Shown: positions 40,170 through 55,000 of the stretch, one piece after another
Layout: each line of letters starts with the position of its first letter
Numbering within the stretch: the first letter of the stretch is position 1
NCBI GenBank assembly: GCA_964016885.1
Contig: CAXHJY010000301.1
Span: 62,001 to 126,000 of the forward strand
From: Eledone cirrhosa
Taxonomy: Eukaryota
DNA length: 64,000 nucleotides
Reading direction: 5' to 3'
Program-made: the position numbers and the translations under genes
Notes under the pieces: generated by a model
What the model saw: the letters and a program-made list of their open reading frames with translations, nothing else
Told to the model about the DNA's origin: nothing
The model's database searches: none

Positions 40170-43100
40170 TCATCATCGTTTAACGTCTATCTTCCACGCT
40201 AGCATGGCTTTAGATGGGAATTGTCCCACTTGAGGCAAGATTGGTCGTCTTGCTTGTATGGGACTGTACGGCTGGATGCCCTTCCTAACACCAACCACGT
40301 TTACAGTGTGGACTGGGAGGTTTTTACCATGTTACCTACGTGGCCACATTACAGCGCGGACTGTGTTTTTTTGTCATGACACCTACGCGACCTCATTTAT
40401 TTAGGACTGGATGTTGTGGTACCAACATAACTTTACATTGAAAGGGGTGGTGTTGATGGGGGGTGGGGGAGTTTGGGTAGTGGGAGGGGGTGTATATTTG
40501 AATATTAGGTTTCGCTTTGTACATAGGCAAGGCGGGTTTTCTGTATTACTGCGTAGCGCCAAAGATCTTGGTCCAATGACATTGTCTTAGAGAGGTGTAA
40601 GTGTGTGAGGTTGGAATTTATCAAATCGTCCCAGGTTTTTCTGGGTCTACCTACTCCGTAGCTTCCATCAATTTTGATCGCCCTGCACTTTTTTATACAG
40701 CTATCGTCTTTCATGCGCATCACGTGACCATACCAATATAGTCTTCTCTCGAGTAAACAGCATCTGATCCCTCTTATACCTAATTTCTCACTTAGTTTAT
40801 TTATGCTTTGCCGTACGCGTATATTACTATTACACATCCAACGGAGCATGCATGCTTCGTTCCTCTCCAGTCTGTGCAGATCCTCTGCACACATGCCCAT
40901 GTCTCACTGCCATGTAACATAGCTGTTCGTATGCAGGCATCATATAGTCTGCCTTTCATTTTTAGAGAGAAACATTTAGCGGCCAATAGTGGTATAAGCT
41001 ATCTGAACTTTTTCCATCCCGTTCTGACTCCGGTTACTGTACTTTCAGAGCACCCTCCACCACTGCTGATTATGTCACCCAGGTAACGGAAGGTGTCCAC
41101 TATTTCTATAGAGCCATCTGGCAATGGAAGCAGCTAGTATCCTGTGGACACTTGCTACTTATTGCACCTGAGCACCGGCCACATATAAAATCTACGTTCT
41201 TAGATAGCTGACCTGTGATGCCCTATTTTCTTTCCTTCCTTCATACTAGAACGTTAGTCTTAGACAAGTTAACTTTAAGGCCTTTTGATTCGAGGCCATG
41301 CTTCCATGTTTGGAATTTCTTCTTTAGTTCAGCCATCGATTCAGCTATGAGTGTTAGATCGTCTGCATAGAGAAGTTCCCATGGGCAGCCGGTCTTGAAC
41401 TCCTCTGTTATAGCCTGAAGGGCAATAATAAATAGGAGGGGGCTAAGGATAGAGCCCTGATGGACACCAACTTTTACGCTAAATTCTTCACTATATTCGT
41501 TGTTAATTCTAACCTTGCTGACTGTTTCTTTATACATGGCTTGCATAGCTCTCACAGGCCATTCATCAATCCTTCGTTTTCTAATGGCCCACCAGATCAT
41601 GGTGCGGGGGACTCTGTGAAAGGCTTTCTCCAAGTCAACAAAAGCTAAGTAGAGGGGTTTCCTTTTAGCTAGATACTTCTCCTGTAGTTGTCGTACAAGG
41701 AAAAGGGCGTCTATGGTTTAATTTAATGCCTCTATAGTTCCTCTATCTAGTGCATCTCCTTTACCTTTGTAGCAGTTAATGATGCTGCTGCTACGCCAGT
41801 CATTTGGTATGACCCTGTTTTGTATGACTTGGTTTACTATCCGTGTGATCTTAGTGTGTCCCACTGTTCCAGATGCTTTCAGCATTTCAGCAACTATCTC
41901 CGAAGGCCCAGCTGCCTTGCCTGTCTTCATATCTTTGATTGCCTTACTTATACTACCTTCAACTTGCACTGCTGGTCCCTCTATTGGATCGATGTGGGGC
42001 AGACTATCTTTGTCCCATTTATTCTCCTCATTTAGTAGCCTCTCGTAGTAACACTTTCAAGCTACCTTCTTATTAGTGATGGCAAGTTCACCATCATCAT
42101 TACGGACACACTTCTCCCCGACAATATCACGGATTTCCTTGACACATTGCCTAGCAATCCTGAACACCTCACGTTTTTGGTCCTCGCATTGTAGAACATG
42201 CTTGAACTTTCTTTCCTCTGCTTCCCTTCTTGCAAAGTACACTTGTCTCCTAGCTTTCCTTCTGACCACTTGATAGTCTTCTCTACTTCCCCCATCCCAC
42301 CATACTTTCCAAGCCTGCTTTTTGGCCTTGATTGACTCCTCCACCTTACTGTTCCACCACCAAGTTACTCTCCTCCTGCCTATAGGTCTGTTCCAGCCAC
42401 AGATTTCATCTGTCGCCTTCAGCAGGTTAACTTTCCAGAATTCCCACTGTTCCTCTATATTGTATGACTCTAATTGCTCTTCCTTACTGTCAAAAGCATC
42501 AAGTAATATGTTTTTAAATTTATTACTGGCTGTGGGGTCCTTTAACTTCCATATCCTTCTCCTTAGGGTAGTCCTCTTCTGTTGTCAAGTACGTCTCATC
42601 CTGACTATGAAGTCGCTAACTATGAGTCTATGTTGGGAGGTGCATTCTTCATGGGGGAGGGATTTAGTGTTTACAACTGACACTCTTCTGGTAAGGATAT
42701 AATCTACCTGGCTGGTGTGTTCCCCTGATCTAAAGGTGATCAAGTGATTGTCTCGTTTTTTGAAGTTTGTGTTACAAATAGTTAGGTTATTTGCATCACA
42801 GAATTTCAGGATTCTGGACCCTTCCTCATTTCTAGTACCAAACCCATAGCCTCCATGGATTCCATCATAACTGTCACAATGTTGTCCAACATGGCCATTT
42901 AGGTCGCCAGCAATAATTATCTAGTCACTGTCGGTTATTTGGGAGGTAGTGAGCATTAGCGACTCATAGAATCTGTCTTTTATAACGCCAGGCAGTCCGG
43001 ATTGGGGTGCATACGCAGATATTATTGTCACAGTAGTTCTATTTAGAACAAGTCTTATTTTAATTATTCTGTTGTTCACTCTATTTACGACAATTACCTT

Positions 43101-43450
43101 ATCTACCCATTTTTCTGCTAGCATGATTCCTACTCCACCCAGCCCATTGTCATTTCCCACCCAGAAAAGTTTATAGCATCTTTTTTTACCCACTATGCAA
43201 TCTAGCAGACCCACCCCTCCACCTGGTCTCTTGAATACAGCAAACATCAACTTCCTTACGTTCAAGCAGCTCTACAACCTCATTAGAGCGACCTTTTAAG
43301 GTGCCTACATTCATGGTACCAACTCTGAAGTTTTGGATTGCGTTTGGTGGGTGGGAAGGATGAGGCGCAGGGGGTGGGTGGGTGAGGGAGATGGGGTTAT
43401 GTTAGCCATCTGCGGCCGAAATAAAGAGGAGGAGTCCTTGCATTCTCGTG
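40170..43450 (-). mobile_element. RTE-clade LINE, near full length, decayed
   Basis: Multiple frameshifted fragments homologous to 52058-55575, including the 5' end. Confidence 0.92.
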
Positions 43451-43798
43451 AATTTATCTTTATCTTTGGGTGAATTTATCTTTATCTTTATCTTTGGCAT
43501 TGTCATTGAGTGTCCAGATTTTTCAGACTCTCCAGAATTCCATAGTCCATCTAGCATATCGAAAAGCAACCATATATATATATATATATATATATACATG
43601 CACATATATGTACATGCTAAACATAGAAGCTTGTGGAAATAGAAGCACACAAAGACATATACACACAGACAAATAACCATTCAGGAATTATTTGAGGAAG
43701 CGTAAATATTTTAAATGTTATCTTAATTATTTAAGTGTTTGCAATATTTACACCCCCAAAAGTTATCTCCCTTGAATCCCAAAAGCAAACCTTCTCTC

Positions 43799-45159
43799 AG
43801 TTGGTGTTCATCAAGGCTCTGTCCTTAGCCCCCTCCTATTTATTATTGCCCTTCAGGCTATAACAGAGGAGTTTAAGACCGGCTGCCAATGGGAACTTCT
43901 ATACGCAGATGATCTAACTCTCATAGCTGAATCTATGGCTGAACTAGAGAAGAAATTCCAAACATGGAAGCATGGCCTAGAATCAAAAGGCCTTAAAGTC
44001 AAGTTGTCTAAGACTAAAGTTCTAGTATGTAGAAAGGAAAATAGGGCACAGGGGCTCTCTGGGAAATGGCCATGCTCAGTGTGAAGGAAGGGAGTAGGTA
44101 GAAATTCCATTTTATGTCCCAAATGCAAACTATGGGTACATAAAAGATGTAGTGGGATCACAGGTAAGCCATCTAAGAACGTAGATTTTATATGTGGCCG
44201 ATGCTCAGGTGAGATAAGTAGCAAGTGCCCACAGGATACTAGCTCCTTCTATTGCCCAGATGGTTCTATAGAAATAGTGGACACTTTCCGTTACCTGGGT
44301 GACAAAATCAACAGTAGCCAGAGTCAGAACGCGATAGAAAAACTTCAGTGAGCTTATACTGCTGTTGACCACAAAAAGTTTCTTTCTGAAGATGAAAGGC
44401 AGATTGTATGATGCCTGTACACGAACAGCAATGTTACAATGAGACCTGGACATTGTGTGCAGAGGACCTGCGCAGACTGGAAAGGAACAAAGCATGCATG
44501 CTCCGTTGGATGTGTAATAGTAATATACGCGAACAGCAAAACATAAATGAACTGAGTGAGAAATTCGGAATAAGAGGGATCAGATGCTGTTTACTTGAGA
44601 GAAGACTACGTTGGTATGGTCACGTGATGCGCATGAAAGATGACAGCTGTATAAAAAAGTGCAGGGTGATCACAATTAATGGAAGTTACGGAGTAAGTAG
44701 ACCCAGAAAAACCTTGGACGATTTGATAAATTCTGACCTTACACACTTACACCTCTCTAAGACAATGTCATTGGACCAAGATCTTTGGTGCCGCGCAGTA
44801 ATACAGAAGATCCGCCTTGCCTATGTACAAACAGAAGCCTACAGTCAGTAGGCACCTCTTTACAAAATATACACCCCAACCCACTACCCATACTCCACCC
44901 TCCCACTCCACCAACACCACCCTGTCTCTGTAAAGTTATGTTGGTACCACAACATCCAGTCCCAATTAATGAAGTTGTGTAGGTATCATGACAAAAACAC
45001 CTCCCAGTCCACACTGTGAATGTGGTTGGTGTTAGGAAGGACATCCAACCGTAGAAAACCTGCTATACAAGCGAGACACGGTCACCCGACCAATCTTGCC
45101 TCAAGTGGGACAATTCCCGTCCAAGCCATGCTAGCGTGGAAGATTAAATGATGATGATA
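43799..45159 (+). mobile_element. RTE LINE, 5'-truncated, decayed
   Basis: [10 protein letters not shown] and YADD region through the 3' UTR and (GAT)n tail. Confidence 0.9.
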
Positions 45160-45326
45160 TATATAGTAATAATAATAAATGTGAAGACTAAAATCCAAAG
45201 AGGGCTCGATAAGGATAAATATATATCAAATATATAAGAATCCTAGAGCAAATATTTATTTGCTTAAAAATTTAGTTTTATTGCTTAAACTTTAATCTGT
45301 TATTTTAATAAATGTGTATATCTATA

Positions 45327-45373
<47 letters not shown>

Positions 45374-45484
45374 CATTTATGTTAGTTAGGTTGTTTATCA
45401 ATGAGTAGAACTAGTGGTTCTGGTTGATGGTAAACGGTGTTAAATTGATAGCAGACGGTCCCCGAATATATTTGTGTGCGTGTG

Positions 45485-45512
<28 letters not shown>

Positions 45513-45517
<5 letters not shown>

Positions 45518-45895
45518 GGATTGGTGCTCTGCAATAGCGATGTATGCATAGTATATTTGGCAATATACCGTATGTTTAATTAAAACCATTTTGAAGACCT
45601 TACGCTATCATTTTAAAATAGTGACTATGTCACTTACTTCTTTTCGGTGAAAGAAGGCAGAGAAGCTAACAGTCTGTTTCATGCTGTTTGGCAATCCTCA
45701 GAGCTATGTAGTGCCCTCTTCCGCCAAAAATTATAGAAGCTGGATTCTTATAGAATTCCAGTAATAATCAGGAGCTAATTATACAGAGCGATTGCCAGTC
45801 CAGCAAAAATTAAGTATTAGGATTGGTGCTCTGAAATAGTGATGTACACGTGAATGTATGTATAGTATATTTGGCAATATACCGTATGTTTAATT
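45513..45895 (-). repeat. ~1.2-copy tandem unit (~300 bp period) with an HHR at 45664-45705
   Basis: TATTAGGATTGGTGCTCTG...ATACCGTATGTTTAATT occurs at ~45513 and ~45815. Minus strand: AGCT-CTGAGGA-t-TGC-CAAACA-GCA-t-GAAA-CAGACTG-TT-AGCT. Confidence 0.8.
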
Positions 45896-45904
45896 ATATA
45901 TATG

Positions 45905-46240
45905 TAAAAGGTAAACAGAAATAACAACAGAATCGGTACAGTATATGGAAGGTATATATTAGGTTAACGCTTGATATAGCAGGAAGAGGACGCTAGTTCT
46001 TCATCAGAAGAAAGAATGAGAAATAAAATAGATTAAGGGGACGGGTGGAATGGAATTGGAAAACATGTCTTTAGATAAAAATAATAGGTCCATTCATGTT
46101 GACATCTCTTGCAAAACTGCTGGTGCTGGTGTTTCCTGAATGATTTGTTTTTTAGAAAAGTGGATGATGGCATGCGTCTACCTGAAATGGAAAAAAAACT
46201 GTTTTGTAAAAAGAGCTATACTTGAGCACATGTGTAAGCA

Positions 46241-46271
<31 letters not shown>

Positions 46272-47575
46272 ATAGGTCCGTACGAAGCTAAGAAGAGATA
46301 TGTGTGTATATGTGAGTAAAAGAGTGTGTGTGTGCATGTAAGTATGAAGTTATAAGCAAAGAGAAAGCGATAGGAATCTAGGAGTGTGATAATGGACAGG
46401 GTATTAGAGAAATTGGGGAGGTGAGTTGAGTCCAAGAGGGGAATAGGACCCAAGACGGTGAATCAGACTTTGTTCAGTTAGGTGCGCGAGGCCTGTGATC
46501 CATGATTAAAAGGACACCCAGGACAAACATGTAGGGAAGAATGACCAGGAGAACAGAAATGACGGGCAACAGGAGTATCCAAACCGAGTGGTATGTCCCT
46601 CAAATGTTTGGCAAAACAGTCTGCCATACGGCGTCCCCTTTGTCCGATATATAAAGACCTACAAAGGGAACACCGGAGGGCATAGGCAATGTGGGTGGAT
46701 GTGCAGGTGAAGGAATGGCGGATATGGAAAGACCCGTTAGGGCCTGTAAGAGTGGTGAGAGTGGAAATAAAGGGACAAGTGTTGCAGCGGGAACGGGAAC
46801 AAGGATGAGAGCCGGGTGGAGTCGTGGGAGAGGACGAAAAGGAACAGCAAACCAGGAGGTCGCAGAGGTTGCGGGCGCGCTTAAAAGTAGTAATGGGTAG
46901 GTTTGGAAAAAAGTGAGAAGTGACGGGGTCAGAAGAGAGGATACGGAAGGAACGGAGGACATGTTGCCAGAGTGGTAGGGTGATGGGGTGGTAGGTGAGA
47001 GGGAAAGGAACACAGGTGTTGGGAGGGTGGGGGGTGAGGTGAAAGGGCTGTGGTGCGGTCTGTTTCACGGGCGCGGGTGAGAGCAGCTTGGATCAGGGTG
47101 GGGGGATATCCATGCTGGATGAAGCAGTAAGCCATGCAAAGGGAATGGGTTTCGAAATTGTCGTCTTGGCTACAGAGTCGATGGAGACGAAGGAATTGGG
47201 AATAGGGTATGGAGTGTTTGGTGTGGGTTGGATGGGAGGAGGTGAAGTCGAGGTAAGATTTGGAGTCTGTTGGTTTAAAATAGATGGAAGTAGAGAGGGT
47301 GTGGTGAGAGTGATTAATAGATAGAGAGATATCTAGAAAAGCAACAGAAGAATCGGAGACGGAGGCGGTGAAATTGAGAGCAGGATAGAAAGATTGGGCA
47401 AAAGAAAGAAAACAGTCAAGTTGTTCTTGTGATAGAGAGGTCGCACTGATACAGTCGTCGATATAACGACCGTATAGCTAAGGAGTCGGTCCAGCGTACT
47501 GGGAGAAGATCTGGGCTTCGATGTAGTCAACAAACAAGTTGGTATAGTTTGGACCCATTCTGGTTGCCATCGTGT
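45905..47575 (-). mobile_element. Decayed Penelope-like element (Neptune-like), 5'-truncated, with 3' pseudo-LTR
   Basis: Minus strand RT motifs MGPNYTNLFVDYIE and YIDDCI. Cys-rich linker PCSRSRCNTC. GIY-YIG region YALRCSLCRSLYIGQ...FAKHLRDI. Confidence 0.85.
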
Positions 47576-47819
47576 TGAAGTATACAGACATAATTTTAAG
47601 GTTCTCCTAATATTTTTTGTAACCAAGTGTTTACCCACAAACTCTTCAGTATGTATTTTTAACTGCAAACTTTCAATTTCTGCACAAATTATTATTATTA
47701 TATATACTTGTTCTTTAATATCATCAAACAACCAAATAACCAAAAGCTCATACACATAATAGAAAGTATAACACAAAACAAGCCCCCTGAAACAATCAAA
47801 ACCAGCCATTACTCTAGCC

Positions 47820-49520
47820 TCAACATTTCTACTCTATATCTACAAAGTGTCAGCTCTTCCATCAATACACAAAAATGGAAGGTCCAATTCATTGAGGATT
47901 CCTTGCTAGTGTCCTGAAGGTGTGTCAACACCAACTTGAATCTCCTCTAACTAATCAGTGGAGGAACTCACTGGACGCTGGCTATATACCTGAAAACTTT
48001 CTGCCTAGTTTGTTGTTCTAGTTTTCAAAAAGGGAAACAAGTCTTTGCAGTGAATTATTTTCCGATCTCACTTACCTTTCATATCATTAAGGTATTTGAG
48101 AGGGTAGTGCGATCACAAATCATTCACTTTTTTTAAAGAAACAATCTGCTGAACTCCAACCAACATGAGTTCCATGATGGAAGGGACTGCCTAATGCAGC
48201 TCATACATCACTTTGATGACACTTTAAGAGCTTTGGGAGAGGGCTCCAACACTAATGTCATATACCTTGATTTCAGCAAGGTCTTTGACAGGGTTGATCA
48301 CAACATCCTTTTGAAAAAACAATCCAACATTGGTGTCCCTGGAAACTTACTACAATGGATCAAGTGTTTCCTAACAGACAGAGCCCAACCTGTTGTAGTC
48401 GAAGGAGGACAATCAAGCCCAGCCAAAGTCAGTAGTGGTGTTCCACAAGGCACTGTGTTGGGCTCACTTCTCTTCATTATTTATTGGCAGTATCGGTAGA
48501 GGGTTGGACGCCATCCTTTGACGCATAGAGTTACGGCCCTTGCCATTCTGAGTTCAAATCCCGCCGAGGTTAACTTTGCCTTTCATCCTTACGGGGTCGA
48601 TAAAATAAAGTACCAGTAATGTACTGGGTAATTGCTGGCCTTGTGCCAAAAGTAGAAACAATTATTTATATCAATGACATCAAGCTCAGCAACATAAGAA
48701 TCTTTACAGATGATTCCAAGCTCCAGAAGTCATCAATGGCGTGGGAGATCGGACATGCCTTCAGTCAGATCTACAATGGGCAGAAAAAACAATATGCTAC
48801 TGAACAAGGATAACTTTGAGCTAATCCACTTTGGAAAAGAGGATGCACTGAAACTCCCATATTACCTTCTCTTGGGTGAAACCCTCATGGCATCCAACAA
48901 TATAAGAGACCTGGAAGTAATTTTTGATAACAACATAAACTGGGCTATTCATATAGATAGCAAAGATGACATGGCTTGCAAGATGTGTTCCTGGATTCTC
49001 AGAACTTTCCATCCTTCTCTTCTCTACTCTTGCCTGGACCCACCTTGAATACTGTTGTATACTATGGTCTTCTCACATGAAGCAAAGTATTATGATAATT
49101 GAAGTATCTCAAAGGTCAATTAAAAAAAGATAACATGACAGGCCTTGGCTATTGAGGTTGACTAGAGAAGCTCAAACTCTACTTTCTCTAACACCACCAT
49201 GAGCGCTACATTATCTGCATGATGTGGAAAATATTCCATCAACATTGCCCAAAGGATGTTAACATCACCTTTAAAGTACACCCAAGGCTTGGGCTCCGTA
49301 TTATCCGCCTACAACAAAAATCAAATTCACACCTCATAACAATATTATGGCACAATTATTTCCTGCTCTCTTTAACATTACACCAAAACACATAAAACAG
49401 AAACAGATACCATAAAATTCAAGAAGTCTTTGGACAAATTCCTTCCAGAAATTCCGAATAAACTCCCTACACCTGTATATGTCTCCATAAACTATGATTC
49501 TCTACTTGAGTGGACCATCG
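47820..49520 (+). mobile_element. Decayed CR1/Jockey-group LINE RT
   Basis: IYLDFSKVFDRVDH, SGVPQGTVLG, IRIFTDDSKL and IRDLEV. Interrupted by a SINE. Confidence 0.85.
48485..48660 (+). mobile_element. tRNA-derived SINE (second family) with apparent 9-bp TSD
   Basis: B-box-like GAGTTCAAATCC. Flanked by ATTATTTAT at 48476-48484 and 48661-48669. Removing it restores LFIIYINDI of the host LINE. Confidence 0.85.
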
Positions 49521-50499
49521 TGTCCAATTATGATTTATGTGCATATGTATAATATATTATTACAAAAAGGATAAGATACACTAAATATTGACTTAGAGTT
49601 ATACCAATGGGAATTAAAAGGGATTTTATCACTTCAGAAGTGAAGTTGAAGTTGTGAAAAAAATTAGTTTTAAAATATCACAAAAGAATGTTTAATAATT
49701 ACGGAAGCATATAACAGTAATTAAATATAGCAATAATTCAATATATATGTCCAGTGACTTAAGAATTTTACAATGGGTATAATTTAAGAATTTACAATGG
49801 GTATAATTTATCTGGGTCAAATGTAAAAGAAAAAGTAAAATATTCTATGTGGATAGGAAAGGATTATTTCATTTTTGGAATTGAGAAGGATGATTTTTGA
49901 AGTAATTATTTTTAATACTTCGGTCAGACAAAGATTGTATTTAGTTCTACCCCTTACATAAGGTTTTGAAGAGTTAATAATATCCTGCTTTTTAAACACC
50001 AGATTAATTTAACTAAGTTAATAGAGTTTTTTAATTTTTCATTCTTAAAAGAATGAAAATACATATAAAAATGGGTCTTAACCCTTTAGCATTCACATTA
50101 CTCTATATTTACTAATTTATTTTCACAGTAAAGGCTTTATCTTAAATAATTATCGCACATAATATTGAATTTGTGAGATTTTGATGTTATTTATTTTGAG
50201 AACAATGTTAGTAATTTGAGGTCTGTTTAATTTATTATTGTAGTCAGATATAACATTATGTATATTACACAACCAAAGAGTGTTATCAGCATTATTAATC
50301 TGTTATTCTTAGTATTATATTCATTATTATATAAATTTGAGCGACTTCCATCCATCACACAATGTGTGTGTGTGTGTTTGTATGATTGTATGTATATGTA
50401 AAAGGAAGGAAGGGGATGTTGAAAAAACTATAGCAAAACAGTAGCTGGTGTTCCATTTACTATACTGTGTGGGAGTGTATGTGCATGTTTGTGTGAATA

Positions 50500-50890
50500 A
50501 TAGTAATAATGAAATTATTGTGTACAGTGCTCAGGTGCACTACAACTCATCAAAGGTGCATGTATAGTACATAGAATAATGTACAAATATCAGGAAAATG
50601 AACAGTGTATGAGTCATGATATACACGTATTAGGTGTAGTGTTGGCGAATTTCAGGAAGCATGGAGGTTTTAAAGGATGCAGTGTCTCGACAGCTAACAA
50701 CTGATGCAGGCAGTTTGTTCCCTGCTTCAGCAACTCTGAGCGTGAAAAAATGTTTCTGAAAGTCATGGGAACTGTGCTGTTTTTTGACTTTGTAGGCATG
50801 TCTACATGTGTTAGACACATGGAGATCAAAAAGGTGCTCAGGGTTGTTGTTGGCAAGATGGTTAATAATTTTGTGGGTGTTTACCAAGTC
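50500..50890 (-). mobile_element. CR1-like LINE 3' fragment
   Basis: HKIIN...KHFFTLRVAEAGNKLPASVV resembles the FFxxRVxxxWNxLP C-terminus of CR1-group ORF2. Confidence 0.75.
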
Positions 50891-51126
50891 TGTGAGTGTA
50901 TTTTTGTAAGCATGTCTGTGTTTGTGTGTTTATATTTATATACTCATACATGTAACAGTGTGTTGAAACAATTCTAGCTATTTAAATTATAGAAGGGTTG
51001 GTTTGTGTATTAAAATTTACAAGAATTGTTTGTTCAACTTTGTTTATAAATTTTCTTATGGTTATTGAATGCCAAAATCTGCTAGGTTTGGTGTGGTTGA
51101 GAATTTTCTTGCCAATATATACTCTT

Positions 51127-51159
<33 letters not shown>

Positions 51160-51380
51160 ATATATATATATATAAATATATATATATATGCATATATATA
51201 TATTTTTTTAATAAAAATATATAGTATATACTTCCATATACACCTCTATTATGCCTGTACTGCAGCCAATTATAAACACCCAAGTTTGCACTATATGCAA
51301 ATGAGCATCCCCTGCAAATATTCATCTTACAAAATTTGTAGAGACCCTAGTCTATTTCCATGTTAATACCAGTTGAGTGG

Positions 51381-51429
51381 ATGTCACTGATGAAAGATTA
51401 ATGAATCTTGAAACAGCACTGCCTGGTAT
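51381..51429 (+). ncRNA. Type I hammerhead ribozyme with mutated cleavage triplet
   Basis: ATGTCA-CTGATGA-AAGATT-AATG-AATCTT-GAAA-CAGCACTG-CC-TGGTAT. U16.1 appears as C. Stem I extends with AGTTGA/TCAACT. Confidence 0.78.
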
Positions 51430-51612
51430 TTTCAACTAATACCGACATATTGGTGACATGTTCTCAGAGAAAAAGAGAGAAATATTTTTCCTTGATAATG
51501 AAACTGCCATATGTTTATTGTATAGTATTTGCTTTCAGATACAACAATATTATATTTAATATTGTTTTAGTGCTACTGTCATTTAATACACATACACACA
51601 CACAGACAGATA

Positions 51613-51663
<51 letters not shown>

Positions 51664-52005
51664 TGTGCTTTTGCATCTCTGTTTTGTTTATTGTTGAAAT
51701 ATATACATAAATAAAGAGAGAATGTGAGAGAGAGGGACACACCCAATATATAGTAATGAGCAAGTGTTTATTTGTGTTTTAAAAATACAACTAAACTATT
51801 TTATATACACACACCCAAAATTGTCATAATTATACACACACTCACATGTACATATATATAGCAAAATTTGCACACACACACATCAGCATCATCATCGTCA
51901 TTGTTTAACATCCACTTTCTACGCTAGTATGGGTTGGACATGTCCCATTTGAGACAAGGTACGTCAGGTGACCATGTCTTGCTCATATGGAATAGACATA
52001 CATGT

Positions 52006-52057
<52 letters not shown>

Positions 52058-52061
<4 letters not shown>

Positions 52062-55000
52062 TCATCATCATCATCATCAACGTTTAACGTCCGTGTTCCA
52101 CGCTTGCATGGGTTTGGACGGGGGTAGTCCCACTTGAAGCAAGAGTGATTGTCTTGCTCGCATAGGACTGTCTGGCAGGTTTTCTACAGTTGGATGCCCT
52201 TCCTAACACCAACCACATTTACAGTGTGGGTCTGGGAGGTTTTTAGCGTGTTGCCTACACGGCCACATTACAGCGTGGACTGTGTGTTTTTTTGTCGTGA
52301 CACCTACACGATCTCATTTGTTTCGGCCTGGATGGCGCAGCACCAACATAACTTTACATAGAACGGGGTGGTGTGGATGGGGTGGTGGTGGTGGGACGGG
52401 GTGTATTTTGTTAGAGATGCTACTGGCAAGGCGGGTCTTCTCTGTTACTGAGTACCGCCAAAGGTCTCGGTCCAGTGACATTGTCTTGGAGAGGTGTAAG
52501 TGTGTGAGGTCGGAGTTTATCAGCTCGTCCCAGGTTTTTCTAGGTCTGCCTATTCCGTGGCTACCGTCTATCTTTATTGCCCTGCACTTTGTTATACAGC
52601 TATCGACTTTCATGCGCATCACGTGTCCATACCAACGTAGCCTTCTCTCGAGTAAACAACATCTGATCCCTCTTATTTCTAATTTTTTCCTTAGTTCGTT
52701 TATGCTTTGCCGTTCACGTATATTACTGTTACACATCCAGCGGAGCATGCAAGCTTCGTTCCTCTCTAGTCTGCGTATATCCTCTGCACACAATGCCCAG
52801 GTCTCACTGCCATGCAACATTACTGTTCGTATGCAGGCATCGTACAACCTGCCTTTCATTTTTAGGGAGAACCCTTTAGCAGCTAATAGTGGTATAAGCT
52901 CTCTGAACTTTTTCCAACCAGTTCTGACTCTAGCTACTGTACTTTCAGAGCACCCTCCCCCACTGCTGATTTTATCGCCCAGGTAACGGAAGCTGTCCAC
53001 TATTTCTATAGAACCCTCTGCGCAATTGAAAGAGCTAGTATTCTGTGGGCACTTGCTGCTACTTATTGCACCAGAACACCGGCCACATGTAAAATCTATG
53101 TTCTTAGTTAGCTTACCTGTGATCCCACTACATCTTTTATGCACCCATACTTTGCATTTAGGAAATAAAATGGAGTTTCTACCTACGCCTTTCCTACACA
53201 CCGAGCACGACCATTTCCCAGAAGGGACCGCCGCCTTGTTTTCTTTCCTACAAACTAGAACTTTAGTCTTAGCCAGGTTAATTTTAAGTCCTTTTGACTC
53301 TAGGCCATGCTTCCATGTTTGGAATTTCTTCTCTAGCTCGGCCATTGATTCCGCTATGAGTGTCAGGTCGTCTGCGTATAGGAGTTCCCATGGGCAGCCG
53401 GTCTTGAACTCCTCTGTTATAGCCTGAAGGGCAATAATAAATAGTAGGGGGCTGAGAACAGAGCCCTGATGGACGCCAACTTTTACGCTAAACTCTTCAC
53501 TATATTCGTTGTTAATTCTAACCTTGCTGACTGTTTCTTTATACATGGCTTGTATAGCCCTCACAAGCCATTCGTCAACGCCTAGTTTTCTAAGAGCCCA
53601 CCAGATAATGGAGTGGGGGACTCTGTCGAAGGCTTTCTCCAAGTCGACAAAAGCTAAGTAGAGGGGTTTACCTTTAGCTAGGTACTTCTCCTGTAGTTGT
53701 CGTACTATGAAAAGAGCGTCTGTGGTACTTTTGCCTGACACAAACCCGAACTGCATTTCATCTAGGTCAATTCTCTCTCTGATTAGTTGCGCTATTACTT
53801 TTTCCGTGACCTTCATGACCTGGTCGATTAATTTAATGCCTCTATAGTTACTCCTATCTAGGGCGTCTCCTTTACCCTTATAACAGTTAACGATGATGCT
53901 GCTATGCCAGTCCTTCGGAACAACCCCATTCTGTACGACTTGGTTAACTATGCGGGTGACCATGGTGTGTCCCACCGTGCCAGATGCCTTCAGCATCTCA
54001 GCAACTATTTCCGAAGGCCCAGCCGCCTTACCCGTCTTCATATCCTTGATTGCCTTACTTATTATACTCCCCTCGACTAACACTGCTGGTCCCTCTATTG
54101 GGTCGATATGGGGGAGACTGTCTTTCTCCCATTTATTCTCCTCATTTAGTAGCCTTTCATAGTGACACTTCCAAGCTACCTTCTTATCAGCGTCGGTGAT
54201 GGCAAGTGTGCCATCATCGTTTAGTACACACTTCTCCCCGACAATATCACGGTTTTCCTTGACGCATTGCCTAGCAATCCTGAACACCTCACGTTTTTGG
54301 TCCTCGCGTTGTAGAACATGCTTGAACTTTCTTTCCTCTGCTTCCCTTCTTGCTAAGTACACTTGTCTCCTAGCTTCCCTCCTGGCCACTTGATAGTCTT
54401 CTCCACTTCCCCCATCCAGCCATACTTTCCAAGCCTGCTTTTTGGCCTTAATTGACCCCTCCACTTTACTGTTCCACCACCATGTTACTCTCCTCCTGCC
54501 TACAGGCCTGCTCCAGCCACAGACTTCGTCTGTCGCCATCAGCAGGTTTGCTTTCAGAAATTCCCACTGTCCCTCTGTATTGTCCGACTGTAAATGTTCT
54601 TCCTTACTGTCGAAAGCATCAAGTAATATGCTTTGAAATTTATTTCTGGCTGTGGGGTCCTTTAGCTTCCATATTTTTCTCCTGAGGATAGTCCTCTTCT
54701 GCTGTCGAGTACGTCTCGTCCTGACTATGAGGTCGTTAATTATCAGTCTATGTTGGGAGGTGCATTCTTCATGGGGGAGGGATTTAGTGTTTACGACAGA
54801 CACTCTGTCACGTCTTCTGGTAAGGATATAATCTACCTGGCTTGTGTGTTCCCCGGATCTATAGGTGATCAGGTGATTGTCACGTTTTTTGAAGTTAGTG
54901 TTACAGATAGTTAGGTTATTTGCATCACAGAATTCCAGGATTCTGGAGCCTTCCTCATTTTTAGTACCAAACCCATAGCCTCCATGGATTTCGTCGTAGC

